DNA from: Octopus sinensis
Taxonomy: Eukaryota
Reading direction: 5' to 3'
Assembly: GCF_006345805.1 (NCBI RefSeq)
Contig: NC_043000.1
Span: 153,760,001-153,824,000 of the forward strand
Length of the DNA stretch: 64,000 nucleotides
In this document: one piece after another, positions 12,926 to 26,179 of the stretch
Numbering within the stretch: the first letter of the stretch is position 1
How the letters are laid out: every line of letters begins with the position of its first letter
Made by a program: the position numbers and the translations under genes
The notes under the pieces: model-generated
Seen by the model: only the letters and a program-made list of their open reading frames with translations
Told to the model about the DNA's origin: nothing
The model's database searches: none

Positions 12926-13124
12926 TAAACATATACATACATATGTGTGTGTATGTATGTATGTATGTATGTATGTGTGTATGTGTGTATGTATGTATGT
13001 GTGTAAATATTGGGCTGAAAAGACAGTTTTTGTAAACCAAATTGGAACGACTCTTCGACATTTTCTGTTGAAAAAGGGTTTTCCAACCTAACATCTACAT
13101 GCTATTATTTATAGCTTTATAAAG

Positions 13125-13330
13125 CGACGAGATGGCAGAATCGTTAACAAGCCGGAGAAAATGCTCAATGGTATTTCGTCCGTCTATACGTTCTAAGTTC
13201 AAATTCCACCCAGTTCCTTTCATCCTTTCGGAGTCAATAAAATAAGTTGTAACCAAGTACTAGGGTCAATGTAATCGACTTACACACTCCCAAAATTTCA
13301 ACACTTATGCTTGTAGTGGAAAAATTTATA
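13125..13330 (+). mobile_element. Degenerate SINE family A (older type)
   Basis: GGCAGAATCGTTAAC...TTCAAATTCC...CATCCTTTCGG homology. Confidence 0.7.
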
Positions 13331-13430
13331 TGTAGCGTTATATGCGCTTCGAGATCCACTGTCGGGAAAAATTATTTCACGTTCTCTCGAAAGTTTATAA
13401 ATTTTTTATATCGTCAAATAGGTGTGTGTG

Positions 13431-13465
<35 letters not shown>

Positions 13466-13489
13466 GTATGTGTGTGTGTGACGCTTATG

Positions 13490-13900
13490 TCTGAACAGTA
13501 ATGCAGCATGGTAGTGAGAAAGGGACCCTAAATGCAGAATACATGCAAATATTAAAAAGAACTGAAACTAGTATGTTCTGACGGGTGTGTAACATCGGTG
13601 TCCATGTATGAGAATGTGCAAGTGTATTGGGAGAAAAATTGGGAATAAGAGGCATGAAATGTAGTTTACAATAAAGACTGCGCTAATATGGTCGTGTGAT
13701 GCAGATGAATGATGTCAGCTGGATAAAGAAGACCGAATCGCTTCATATGGAAGAAACCTGTGGAAAAAGAAGACCCAGAGTGACATGAGACGAAATATTG
13801 AAGGCCAATTTGGAGATGAAAAAGACCGAGATGACTTGCATTTCACAATGTTCGTAAAGACCAGTTTATCATAGCAAAAGTGAGGTCCTAAAAGCATTAT
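13490..13900 (+). mobile_element. 3' fragment of a decayed RTE-clade LINE
   Basis: Remnant translation GEKLGIRG...RLR*YGRVMQM...GKRRPRVT*DE resembles the RTE C-terminal RRLRWFGHV.RM / GRGRPRKTW motifs. Confidence 0.65.
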
Positions 13901-14431
13901 GCTTACGAGGGAGTTGTTCCTAGCTTTGGGGAAAAGGAAACACGAGAGAATCAGTTAATTGTGATTTTATTCAACATATTCCCTTCTCAGACTCACACAC
14001 CTATTGCAACGGTCCTCCATTTAGGGCTCTCGCTGTACCCTTAAAGCCCCAAGAAAATTTCAGCACCCCTCGTATGTTTATATAATCAACGGACCCTGAC
14101 CCTTACCCTGCACTTAGTGTGTCCCCGATAAGCTCTCTCCACCTTTCATCTCCCAACCACTCATTCATTCATCATTCTTCTAACATTGGCAATATTTAGC
14201 TGCTATAATCACATGACAGCAGAATCTGCTCATATTTCATCCCCTTCATGCAACCAGTTTTCTCCCTCTCTTCCCGGAAAATCTTCCTTTTACTTCTTTC
14301 TTTTATTCTGAATATCATCCCTTCCAACTTTATTTTCCACTGATCACCCCACTCTGCCTCCAGTTATCTCTCCCTCTCCTCAAAATTACATCTTAGGACT
14401 GCCACACTGCATTCTTAACACTATCACATTA

Positions 14432-14649
14432 ACGAAATGTTAGCGCCAAACAGTGTTTCGGAATAAACAAAAATTTAGGTCAGTTAAAGCATATTCGTGA
14501 TATATTTCAACTTCTAAAAGGCAATTACACTGTAGTTACCGAGGAGAAAATATTTCTCTTATGGAAAAAGGTGTGAAAACACCCGGGTGTATTTTGCCTT
14601 TTAGCAGTTGGAATATATCTGGGACATATTCTAACTAACTTAAATTTCT
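14432..14649. mobile_element. 218-bp asymmetric fold-back insertion with 11-bp target duplication
   Basis: CTATCACATTA at 14421-14431 and 14650-14660. Imperfect inverted arms at 14471-14530 and 14587-14647. Confidence 0.6.
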
Positions 14650-15369
14650 CTATCACATTACTATCTCTCTTAACATTCTTTCATGTCTGCTATCGACCGT
14701 CCTCTACCTTTGTCCTTTTCTCGCTGTAGCCATCCCTACGTATCCCTCATCTCCATCTCTGTCCCTGTACACTTTTCTCTCATGACTCTCCCACCACATC
14801 ATACCCCCAGTCTGTGATCTATCTATAGTTTTCTTATATTGCTGCTCTCCAAAATTCTCGGACTAATAGAAGAGGAAGTGGTACAATATGTATGTATGAG
14901 CGTTCAAATTCCACCCAGTTCCCTTCATCCTTTCGGGTAATAAATTAAGTAGTCAAGTCTTTCATGAGTTATTTCTTTTACTTTCTCCCCATAAAGAAAT
15001 TTACCATCGACCACACCCCCCGTCTTTTGCATCATACACTACATTCACTTCTGCCCCCCCCCCATATCTAACTATCAGTAACTCTACTCTCACACCTTTA
15101 TGAACTTATATACCCACCCCTCCTATTCACCAGACTCTACTTTCTCTCTCTTATACTCACATTGTACATCAATAGTACGCTCTAATATCTTTATCACTAA
15201 CTTCAATATCTTCTTTCCAGCTACTCACAATAACTCTTGTTTAATGCGGGATGGCTATGTATGGCTGCAATTGCTACGAACCTGATATAAAGCTGCCTTC
15301 ACCTCTACTACAACTACAATCAGTTGTGAGGGATTTTTGTTTCTTCTTCATCTTGCATGGTACTGTGTG

Positions 15370-15600
15370 GTCCTCATGACTGTTGGTGTCACCCAGTGCA
15401 CCCTGTTAAACGAGTGGCGTTAAGAAGTTTAGAAAACTTTGGCATATAAACTATATCAAAGCAGATATTGAAATTCAACGCAGTCCTGCAAGCTCTTTGG
15501 ATTCTATATCGTCTAGTCCATCCTAACATAGCAACATAGAAGGCATGCGTTAAATGGTGGTGGTGGTGGTGGTGGTGGTGGTGGTGTTGATGACGACGAC
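15370..15600 (+). mobile_element. Degenerate RTE-type 3' tail ending in (TGG)n/(TGA)n
   Basis: Similar to the element at 50052-50335 (GTTGGCGTTAGGAAG...CATGCTAGCATGGAAAGCGGACGTTAAA). Confidence 0.5.
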
Positions 15601-16080
15601 GACGACGACGTTGATGCAGATAATACGTATTTACAGTAACTGAGAGAAAGAGAGAGAGAGAGGGAGAGAGAGTGCGTGCGTGTGTGTGTGAGTGTCTGTG
15701 TAACTGAAATGAAGTTGAAAATGCCCTGAGAGACTTTTTTAAAATTCATTTAAATTAATTTAAACGCTTTCACAATTCCATGATTTTTCAAAAATAGAGT
15801 GAGATGAACATGGAACTGAGTGAGCATTGTCTTGTCTTTGACCTGAGTTTAAAAATTTGCTCCATTCTAGTGTGCGCGTGTTTCTAGTCTGTAAGATAAA
15901 ATTTATCACCATAATAAAGTTTAAGTTCGATTTGTGCGACATCACTTTTATGTCAAATATGCTAACAGGTTATTTTCTACTCTGAACAACTCATTTAATT
16001 TTAGAGCAAAAAGAAACAGTAAAAAAATTGATTAAACGTTATATAGAAGTACAATCTTGAAAAATTATATATATATATAT

Positions 16081-16522
16081 AGGCGCAGGAGTGGCTGTGT
16101 GGTAAGTAGCTTGTTTACCAGCCACATGGTTCCGGGCTCAGTCCCACTGCGCGGCATCTTGGGCAAGTGTCTTCTACTATAGCCTCGGGCCGACCAAAGC
16201 CTTGTGAGTGGATTTGGTAGACGGAAACTGAAAGAAGCCTGTCGTATATATGTATGTATATATATATATATATATATGCGTGTTTGTGCTTGTGTGTGTG
16301 TGTGTGTTTGTCCCCCTAGCATTGCTTGACAACCGATGCTGGTGTGTTTATGTCCCCGTTACTTAGCGGTTCGGCAAAAGAGACCGATAGAATAAGTACT
16401 GGGCTTACAAAAGAATAAGTCCCGGGGTCGAATTGCTCGATTAAAGGTGGTGCTCCAGGATGGCCGGAGTTAAATAACTGAAACAAGTAAAAGAGTATAA
16501 AAGAGTAAAAGAGTAAAAGAGT
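16081..16522 (+). mobile_element. SINE family B, full length
   Basis: Head GGCGCAGGAGTGGC through (TAAAAGAG)n tail. Confidence 0.92.
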
Positions 16523-16735
16523 ATATCCATCTATCAGTCGCCATGATAGATCGTTAGCCACTGCACACATTTTTTTCTCTCCTTGTTTTTACTGTGTCTC
16601 TTTCTGTAGAAGAGCGTAGGCTCGAAACGTAAAAGACTTTTTCTGCTCCTGAGCGTTATACTAATACATCTGTTTGTTTTGTACACCACCTGTCTTCATC
16701 TTTTGTTTTTTTCGTAAACTCTCCTATATATCCAT
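16523..16735 (+). mobile_element. Short repeat carrying a hammerhead-like motif at 16599-16636 (degenerate relative at about 29480-29640, minus strand)
   Basis: TCTTT CTGTAGA A GAGC GTAG GCTC GAA ACGT A AAAGA: stems I, II and III all pair; core has T in place of A6. Confidence 0.65.
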
Positions 16736-16902
16736 CTATTTTTATATGGTATATTTCCAGTAAGATTTTACTAAAGAAAGAAAATACAGATTTTGGCCAT
16801 AACTTTTATAAAGTATGTCTGTGATGAAATCAGAGGAACTATCATGCGTCACTGAAACTTGAATTTACATAGAATATTTGTGTTGAAAATATTTTATTCT
16901 AG

Positions 16903-17004
16903 AGAACCAGACCAGTCGATGACTCCAATGTTTCACATATGCAGCTTGCTTTAGCTCAATTTCCTGGTTATGGAATTGGAATTAATAAATATCCCTTCCA
17001 ACAA
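16903..17004 (+). CDS. Candidate phase-0/0 internal exon of an unidentified gene (RTRPVDDSNVSHMQLALAQFPGYGIGINKYPFQQ)
   Basis: Acceptor ATTTTATTCTAG, donor CAA|GTAAGA. 102 bp open frame in non-repetitive DNA. Product not recognised. Confidence 0.45.
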
Positions 17005-17779
17005 GTAAGAAAATATCTAGGCGAGATGTGATTACAAATGTTAAAGTCTGACATGTCTGCGTATATTCCTTGCTGTGGCTGCTGCGTTTCCGGCCTTATC
17101 CGGTGACAGATGCAGTTCTTCAAGATAAAAAGAATGTTTTACTGTTTAGGTTATTCAGATTAAAAATGAAAGCGAGCATTTTTCTTTTTGTTTTTATAAT
17201 TGCTCTTTCTGTTTAAATTCATGGAAACGATTGTGTAAATATTTCTCTAGAAAACTTTTCTTGTAATTAATTCGATATGTCATGGGATGGGGATTAATAG
17301 AGCAGTTTCAACTTTTCAGATTCTCTCCACCGGATTTCTTGCTGTTACCTCTAATCTTTGCTCTATGTTTCACACTCACTTATTGGGGTATAAGTGTTTA
17401 CTTTAGTAACATACGTTTTTTATAATGATTTCATTTTTCAATTTCGGTTTTATAATTCTTTCTGTTTAACTATTGTTATTCTTATATTTTCTTCATTAAC
17501 TATACCCGGACGCATTTCTAAATTTTTTATTTACCGTTCTGATTCTATCTACAGTGTCATCACACTTTTCTTAAAAATCAAAAAATTCAGCTGAAATAAT
17601 TCCGCACTATAGATTACTTTCCCCGGACGAAATGCTTTCATCTCTCACATCTACCTGTATAACAGTAAAGGGATGTGTTCATTTCGACAAACATTAACAT
17701 AAGACTTCAAATGGGTATTGAATCACAGAGAAGAATTTTTAAGTGTGAGATCAATGAATGTATGCTCCATTTTACGAAT

Positions 17780-18030
17780 CATTATTATTATTATTTGAAG
17801 AAAACTCTCAGCTGACTTTGCTTCGTACGGTGGAAACTGTCGGCTGTCCACAGCCGGCAAACCAATGTGACACTTGTTTACTGATCATGTCTCAAGAACT
17901 CTGCGGAGAGCTCTCGTAGTCCCAGTGAGGATTTTTTGTAGGTATTCTCTTAACATTTGTACTAATCTTTTTGAGCCAGGCTGGTAGTTGAGTGCCGATC
18001 CTTTCAAGAGCGCCAATTACTATTGGTATC
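17780..18030 (-). mobile_element. Short 3' fragment of an R4-clade element with (AAT)n tail
   Basis: Minus translation IPIVIGALERIG...WLKKISTNV.. then ALRRVLET*, followed by a 3' UTR and (AAT)n at about 17779-17793. Confidence 0.65.
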
Positions 18031-18195
18031 ATCATCATCATCATCACCATCATTATTGTTATTGTTGTTGTTGTTGTTGTTGTTATTGTTGATGATGATG
18101 ATGATGATGATGTTGATGATGATGATGATGATGCTGATGATGATGATAATGATGATGATGATGATGATGATGATGACGACGACGACGATGATTTG
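18030..18195. repeat. Compound (ATC)/(GTT)/(GAT)/(GAC) trinucleotide array
   Basis: Direct reading; source of the poly-V/poly-D ORF. Confidence 0.95.
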
Positions 18196-20060
18196 ACTCA
18201 GGTTCGTTCTTATCCCTGGTAGAATTTATGTGGGTTGCGGGTCACTACCTGTAAGCTTATGAATCCACAAGCTTTCAATAGCCTTTCAAGTGCTTAAGAC
18301 CTCCCCGGCGATCTTTCCTATCCTTACGAAGCAAACTTTCTCTTGAAGCTCTACAGGACATTTTATTTCAATATCCTTCAACAGTTTGTTTATATCTTTA
18401 CTAACAGTCCTCAATGCATCATTTATTATAGACGCAACCATCACAGTTTTCATACTCCAAATTCTTGCAATTTGAAATTTTAAGGGATTATATTGTTTTG
18501 TCTTTCATCCTCTTTCTTTACAATCCTGTAACCAAATGGTACACGATGGATCAATTAGTAAGCAACTTCTCTTTCCCTTGTCTATTATTATTATTATGTC
18601 TGGTCTATTATTTTATAGACTCTTATCCGTTTGAATAGGAAAATCCCATAACATTTCTCATTTCTCCGACTTCACTACTCTTTCGACCCGATGATCATAC
18701 CTGGTACCTCAGCTTCAAATCCCCCTTTTTAAGAAAGCTTCCAGTGTAAAACTTTCACAGCTTGGTCATACCTCCTTTTCTTATATTCTCCATGCACCAA
18801 CATGAGACATTCTGCAACAATGTGTGCCACTGTCTCATTTTAAATTCCACAGACTACATTTTTCGGATACCTTCTTCCCACACACATATTTTCTCAAATT
18901 GTTTTTATCGCTAGATCTTAAGCTACTATAATTAGGCTCTCACTTTCTGCTTTTAATTGTGCTTTTCTTAGCCAAGTCCAAGACTTTTCCCCCATACAGG
19001 TCAGTGGATTTCCAAAACTGACCATGCAAAGGTTTCTCTTCGGTCTGTTTAACATGCGCTCTTTGAATTTCATTCTTGTCCTTTTCTCTCGTTCACACTT
19101 GATCACCTGTTCCTTATTCACTATCTTCAGTAATTTTTTTGTGTTGTTCTGTAAATATTCTAGTACTTTTTCTTTCCATCTATACATACTCTTCTACAAC
19201 AATTAAGCCACTTCTGCCTTGGCCCCTATACATTTACAACCGGTTGATATCAGCTTTCGGATTGTGGGATCCATTCATTGTCAACAGATTTCTAGTTCTC
19301 TGTCAAATTTCTCTATGTTACTTCATGTCCAATCTACAATTCTAGCTCGATGTCTGATAACCGATACTACTCTTAAATTTATTCCTTCAATAACATTTTT
19401 TTGAATTCAGCTTTGACTGCAATATTTCCTTACTTTCCTTGTATACGCCCAACTTTCATTTCATTTCCTTGTTTCATTTCCAAATCTTCCTTGTTTCAAT
19501 TTCAAAACGGCGCACTTTTCGACCCCAAATTCCATACCTACATCATTTGAGAAAATGCGAACAGTATGTACAAGAGTTTCAAGCTGTTTGTCATTTTTCA
19601 CACGGATGTTTATATCATCTATAAAAAGGTGATGATTTATCTGACAATATCATTTTCTCTAGTCGTAAGCTATTCCTAACTTTTCGTAACATGAAACTTA
19701 GCGGTATGAGGGCCAATAGAAATAGTAATGGAACTAACACCTTGAAATATCCCACGTCTGATGTTTACTTTCCCGGGTCTTTGTTTTCCTCCAATCAATT
19801 CTGTATGCCAGTGTTTCATACTTTCATTAACCATTTTCTCCATATTTTTTGCCACTCCAAAAATGCTCGTTGTTTTATGTATCCAACAGTTGGATATATA
19901 TGTCATGTGTTCTTTTAGTAATCTAACCAAACTACATTTAGTCACGTCAACCTGCGTCATGTTATCAACTAGTATGTGGCCTTTTGTTGCCCTTCATTGT
20001 TCCCTGAATATTCTTTCTGTTCTTCTGGAAGTAGACTATTACTTCTCCGATGATTATATA
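18196..20060 (-). mobile_element. 5'-truncated decayed R4-clade (RLE) non-LTR retrotransposon
   Basis: VNIRRGIFQG (RT); EKSWTWLRKAQLKAESESLI; ETVAHIVAECLML...YKKRRYDQ (zinc knuckle); WDFPIQTDKSL.NNRPDIIIIDK (RLE PD motif). Stops and frameshifts. Confidence 0.85.
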
Positions 20061-20119
20061 GCTTTTCCGTCATGACACCGGTCGTACGGCGTAGTGAAAC
20101 TTAACTCGGTTGCGGTCAC

Positions 20120-20262
20120 TAAAAAGAAAAAGAAAGAAGAAGAAGAGAAGAAGAAGAAGAAGAAGAAGAAGAGAAGAAGAAGAAGAGGAAGAAGAAGAGA
20201 AGAAGAGAAGAAGAGAAGGAGAAGAAGGAGAAGAAGGAGAAGAAGAAGGAGAAGAAGAAGTG
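20120..20262. repeat. (GAA)n/(GGA)n purine-rich microsatellite
   Basis: Direct reading. Confidence 0.95.
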
Positions 20263-20812
20263 CTTCCATAAGAAGGCGTATTAACTTCATTAACTTTGCT
20301 TCTTACACAGCAAAAACAATAGACTGACATTACAGGCAGTGTCCATATCTAGCATCAATAATTTTAATATGCCAACCTGTTCTTTTTGTACGTACCTGTG
20401 GTGTATGTCACACTTACTTCAAATGAAGAAGTGAGTAACAAAGCGAGAGTGAGGTGGACAGAGAGGAAGTAAGAGAGAAAGAGAGAAAGAGAGAGAGAGT
20501 GACAGAGAGTGTGTGTGAGAGAGAGAGAGTGTGTGAGAGGGAGAGAAGGAGAGAGAAAGTGAGAGACAGTGAGTGGTGACGGCGTTCGTTTTGTGTTTTA
20601 AAATGTTTCAGAGAGGAAGAGAAAAAAAGAGAGAATGAGAGAGAAAGAAGGAGAGAGTGTAAGAGAGAAATAAGAGAGAATGAGGAAGAAAGAGAGTGAA
20701 GGAAAGAGACATTCTACTTAGACATGAATACTGAGATAGATTACTGTGACTAAAAAAAAAAACAATATAATTTTGTAACTGACAGGTCTTAAGCAGCTAG
20801 CTTAAGCAAATA

Positions 20813-21202
20813 TCTATATATATAAAGCTGAAGTTGTCTGTGTATGACAGGTTTGGTAGCCTTCAACTAACACTATCTCCTCTGAGATCCTGCGGCGCAA
20901 GTTGACCACAATTGAGAGTATGATAGAAGAAGACTTGCTCTTCCTTCCGTAGAAGAAAAAATTCAAATCGGACCATGTTAACACCAAAAATTATTAACAT
21001 CAAATAGGTGCTCTCTTTCTATGAAAATCCCTATTTTGTACGATTTTTTGACTGCTGTGTCGCCATTTTTCGGTGTATTTCAACTAGAAAATTGTTCAAT
21101 TAAAGAGAATAACAAGCTACATAATGCAGAATTTTTACTTTTCAAAAATTCCAATTCTAAAGGGTCGAAACAAACCCTAGCAACGCCGGGCGATACTGCT
21201 AG
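20813..21202 (+). mobile_element. Non-autonomous Helitron with the same termini as 9436-9824
   Basis: A|TCTATATATATAAAG ... CCCTAGCAACGCCGGGCGATACTGCTAG|T. Confidence 0.8.
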
Positions 21203-21547
21203 TATTAGTAAATAAAATAGGTTCATATATATGTGTGTATGCGTGTGTGTGCGCGTGCTTTATTTTATATGTTTGAGCGTGCTTTACTTTGTATGTTTGC
21301 CCGCGCAAGTGTACCTGTATTGAGACGAGCTTCTCAGAGACCAATTGATTTTATTGTACCGAGCTCATCGAATCAAGCATTTACAAAATTGTCTGATCTA
21401 AACAGGTGTGTTAGGCATGAGGATTTCGATTCTAGTTTTCCAACCTTCAAATACTAATAACAATCATCTAGTGCAAAAGATGTGATAACTTTTAATTTCC
21501 TTCTTGCAAACACTTTTATTATTATTATTATTATTATCATAATCACC

Positions 21548-21750
21548 AAGGCGGTGAGCTGGCAGAATCGTTAGCAAGCTGGGCGAAATGCTTAGTGTTA
21601 TTTCGTCTGCCTTGACGATCTGAGTTCAAATTCCGCCGAGGTCGACTTTGCGTTTCATCCTTTCGGGATCGATAAATTAAGTAGCAGTGGTCGACTAGTC
21701 CCCTCCCCCAAAGTTTCAGGCTTTATGCCTATAGTTGAAGGGATTATTAT
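21548..21750 (+). mobile_element. SINE family A, older 3' type with (ATT)n tail
   Basis: Head homology, then CCCCTCCCCCAAAGTTTCAGGC...GGATTATTATT. Confidence 0.8.
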
Positions 21751-22371
21751 TTTTATTTTTATTAACTTCATTAATTCTGCTCCTTCTTACCCAGAAAAAG
21801 AACAATAGATAGATTCTCATATCTAGCATTAGATATGAATTCTGAGATAGTTTTACTGCGACTAAAAAAAAAAACCCAAAAAACATTATTATTTGGTAAC
21901 TGAACGGTTGTATTACTGTCAGTGTTCACACCTTGCCCACATAACTCGATAAGATAATTGCTAATGATGGACTCTCTCATCCATTTCACTGTATGGACAC
22001 TCGATCGTTCGGTCATTTGGGCAACCTGTGCATAGTACTATAGTGCATGTAACTCGGTGTTTCACATATATGTGAATCATAAAAGTAATTCTGAATTAGA
22101 TTCAACGTGACAAAGTGTGACAAAGGTGTGACAAAGGTGTGACAAGTGTAGATCATTGAATTACAACTACAATTCATCCGACGGGCTTCTATATAATTTC
22201 CGTTAATCTAAATTCCCTCGTAGGGCTTAGGTGGACCAGAAGCTTTGAGAAATGCACTCACCAAAATTTTATGCAGCGGAAATCAAAGTTAGAACATCAT
22301 GGCTGCAAAGCGATCATTTAAACAATTCAGCCATACTTGTGTCCATAATTGCTAATATTACACTGAAGTTA

Positions 22372-22610
22372 AGGAGGTGAGCTTGTAGAATCATTAGCAC
22401 GCCGGGCGAAATGCTTAGTAGTATTTCGTCTGCCGCTACGTTCTGAGTTCAAATTCCGCCAATCTCGACTTTGCCTTTCAGCCTTTCGGGGTCGATAAAT
22501 TAAGTACCAGTTACGCACTGGGGTCGATGTAATCGACTTAATCCTTTTTGTCTGTCCTTGTTTGTCTTCTCTGTGTTTAGCCCCTTGTGGGTAGTAAAGA
22601 AATAAGCATT
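22372..22610 (+). mobile_element. SINE family A, young 3' type
   Basis: Full body ending GTGGGTAGTAAAGAAATA. Confidence 0.85.
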
Positions 22611-22837
22611 TCGCCAGTCTCGGCTTTACCGTTAAGCTTTCCGGAGCTGATAAAATAAGTAGCAGTTGATTAATGTGATTAATCTAACCGACATTCACCC
22701 TCCCACAAAAATAATACCCTGGAGTGGATGCAAATAAAAACTAATTTCAAGTCTAAACGCACAGACAGAAAATACAGAAAGAAAATAATAGGTCTATTGG
22801 TGCTACAAGACGTTCACAATGTCTATGTAGATTGAAT

Positions 22838-23221
22838 GTGGAGGCGCAATGGCCCAGTGGTTAGGGCAGCGGACTCGCGGTCATAGGATCGCGGTTTCGA
22901 TTCCCAGACCGGGCGTTGTGAGTGTTTATTGAGCGAAAACACCTAAAAGCTCCACGAGGCTCCGGCAGGGGGTGGTGGCGATCCCTGCTGTACTCTTTCA
23001 CCACAACTTTCTCTCACTCTTACTTCCTGTTTCTGTTGTACCTGTATTTCAAGAGGCCGGCCTTGTCACTCTCTGTGTCACGCTGAATATCCCCGAGAAC
23101 TACGTTAAGGGTACACGTGTCTGTGGAGTGCTCAGCCACTTACACGTTAATTTCACGAGCAGGCTGCTCCGTTGATTCGGATCAACCGGAACCCTCGTCG
23201 TCGTAACCGACGGAGTGCTTC
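22838..23221 (+). mobile_element. tRNA-derived SINE family C (Arg-like head; OR-type octopus SINE, tentative)
   Basis: A box TGGCCCAGTGG, B box GGTTTCGATTCC, ~385-bp body nearly identical to the copies at 47247 and 56593. Confidence 0.88.
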
Positions 23222-24151
23222 CCTTGTAGATTGAATAACAGTGCTTAAATTTTGTTTATCAGAAATGTATCCTTTGTAAATTGTAGGCATTAAACTTGAG
23301 TAAACGATAGTTGTTTTTGTGAAGTGCTTTAAATTAGCTCTACAGGAGTTATCCTGTTGTTCTAACTTCGAGATAAGCAAATATAAGACAAATCTTTTTG
23401 TAGTCACCTTTACTTCTCATCTCACTGGAGGCCAATACAAATAAAACTAGTAATATACTGAATATTGATTTAATCATCTTGTACAACCCATGCAAAAGTT
23501 CCCCTTATAAATTTTAACCTAATCGTATTTTTTCTTCATTTCAGTGTGCGTTATTCATTTGAACTTAGGGCAGGTACAGGGAAAGAATTTTAGCGTTTAA
23601 ATTACACTTCTCCCGGAATATTTTGTAAAAGTAACTTAAATACATGCCTGAAAAATTCAGATGTACCTGCCCGGAATTTTTCAGAGAATCTACCCACAAA
23701 ATTTTTGAAGTGTTGTATAAAATGAAAGATGCCTGGTAATTTCGCAGACATAGAACTTTAGATAAAGACATAGAACTTTAGATAAAGACATGAAACAGTA
23801 TACTATATTCTGGTACAGAGTATTTCGATGGTAAAAGAAATATTTATCCCAAAATAAGGTTATATTTTGATTGACATATCTTGCTGCTAAGAGGAGCGAA
23901 ATCAAAGGGTTCCCTCTATTAAAAAGTTTTCTTAATAAAATTATCCCCTATCATAATTATTGAAAGTTATTTCAATAATTACAAGCAAGCACAAACACAC
24001 ACACATTCATATATATATACGTACGCACTTATGTGTGTGTTTGTGTCGTGTGTATATGTGTGTGAGTGAGTACGTGCATGTATGCGTGTGTGCACGCGTA
24101 TGTATGTATATTTATATTTATATAAATATGCTCTTCTTGTGTGCGCCACCG

Positions 24152-24568
24152 TTCTTTTACTCTTTTACTCTTTTACTTGTTTCAGTCATGTGACTGTGGC
24201 CATGCTGAAGCACCGCCTGTAATCGACCAAATCGACCCCAGGACTTATTCTTTGTAAGCCTAGTACTTATTCTATCAGTCATTTTTGCCGAACTACTAAG
24301 TGACGGGGACGTAAACACACCAGCATCGGTTGTCAAGCAATGTTGGGGGGGTCAAACCCAGACACACAGACATATACACACACATGCATACATATACATA
24401 TATACAACGGGCTTCTTTCAGTTTCCGTCTACTAAATCTACTGACAAGGCTTTAGTTGGTCCGAGGCTATAGTAGAAGACACTCGCCCAAGGTGCCACGC
24501 AGTGGGACTGAACCCGGAACCATGTGGTTCGTAAGCAAGCTACTTATCACACAGCCACGCCTACGCCT
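24152..24568 (-). mobile_element. SINE family B
   Basis: Reverse-complement full-length match with (CTCTTTTA)n tail. Confidence 0.9.
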
Positions 24569-24933
24569 CTTATACCGTTGTATAATAAACTGAAAAACCT
24601 CTATGATACATCTCGAAAGATTGCCGCAAACCTGTTCATTTTAGGAAACCGAGGAAACTAATAGCCTTGATGGTATTATATCATAATATCAGGATTGGAG
24701 TTATTACCAGAAATGTTGATGTTATTGCTGTGGGGCTCCAAATTACTCTCATGAGGTTCACTTCAATATTGGAGCAGTATTAGCAGTAGGGTGTAAAATC
24801 CAGCCAAGAAATCGTTATGGATATATGCATATTAATGTAACTAAAAATTATAGCTTTTAAGATATGTATATATGTATATACATGAGAGAGATAAGGATAT
24901 ATCTGTGCGTGTGTCCGTGTATAATTTGTTCGA

Positions 24934-24983
<50 letters not shown>

Positions 24984-25185
24984 TATATATGTATACATAT
25001 ATGTATACATATATGTATACATATATGTATATATATATACAGATATAGATAGGTGTATGCACATGAATATGCATATTCATTTATGTATATAGTTTTCTCA
25101 AACATAAATTATATATACATATTTCTGTTTAATTTACATACCCATTGTATGTACACACACACGCAAACACACACACATATAGATG

Positions 25186-25264
<79 letters not shown>

Positions 25265-25913
25265 GTGCAAAAACATGTGTGTGTGTGTGTGTGTGTGTGC
25301 AAGTGTATATGTGATTGAATGATATTGAAAATATATTTAATAACAGTGATGACAGAAAAATTTTCTGTTGGATAAAGTATACTCATACATATTCATACAT
25401 ATATGTATGAATACATGAATATGTACAGACATCAATACATACATATGTGTGCATGTGCGTATGTCTATTTGTTAGTTTGTATTTTTGTGCATGTGTGTGT
25501 GTGTGTGTATGCGTGTGAGTGTGTGCGTGTAATAATAATCTTCTAGAAATTAAATATTTCACTCCAGGAAACTAAGGAATATAATAGCCTTGATGACATT
25601 ATATCAGGATCGCACTTATTACCACAAATGTCAATCATATTTCTGGTAGTTTCCGACATAATACTCAAGAGAACTACTTCTATATTTGAGCTGTACTAAC
25701 AGCAGGTTTTGATATCCAGCAATGAAAGTGTCACAAATTGATCCCCAGATACATATACATACATATATGTATGTTTGTGTGTGTGTGTGTGTACGCGTAC
25801 ATGTGTGTGTGTGCATGCATGCATCCATGTATGTGTGCGCGTGTGTATGAGCACGAATATGTACGTATGTATATATATATATATATATACGTATGTACGA
25901 ATATGTATGTATA

Positions 25914-25967
<54 letters not shown>

Positions 25968-26179
25968 GTATCTTTGATGGGGGTAGGGTTTGAAAGCAAA
26001 ATCCTCCCTCTACAACGGCAGAAATATTTGAAACGAAACTGACCTTATAAAAAGGGGTAAATTCCGGATAATCTACAACAGCTATCAAAGCAATTTATAA
26101 AGGAACCTGACCTCTTTACACAATTTTGGAAAAGTACATGTTTCTTCTGACATGACCAAAAAAAAAAAATTTCTTTAAA

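Noticed and set aside
22838-22915. tRNA-like sequence (also at the ends of 47247-47634 and 56593-56977)
   Set aside because: No proper acceptor stem, and it continues into a ~310-bp body shared by three copies, so it is a SINE head, not a tRNA gene.
22972-23175. Recurrent 67-aa ORF MVAIPAVLFHHNF... (also 47298 and 56641)
   Set aside because: Lies inside SINE-C; it recurs because the repeat does.
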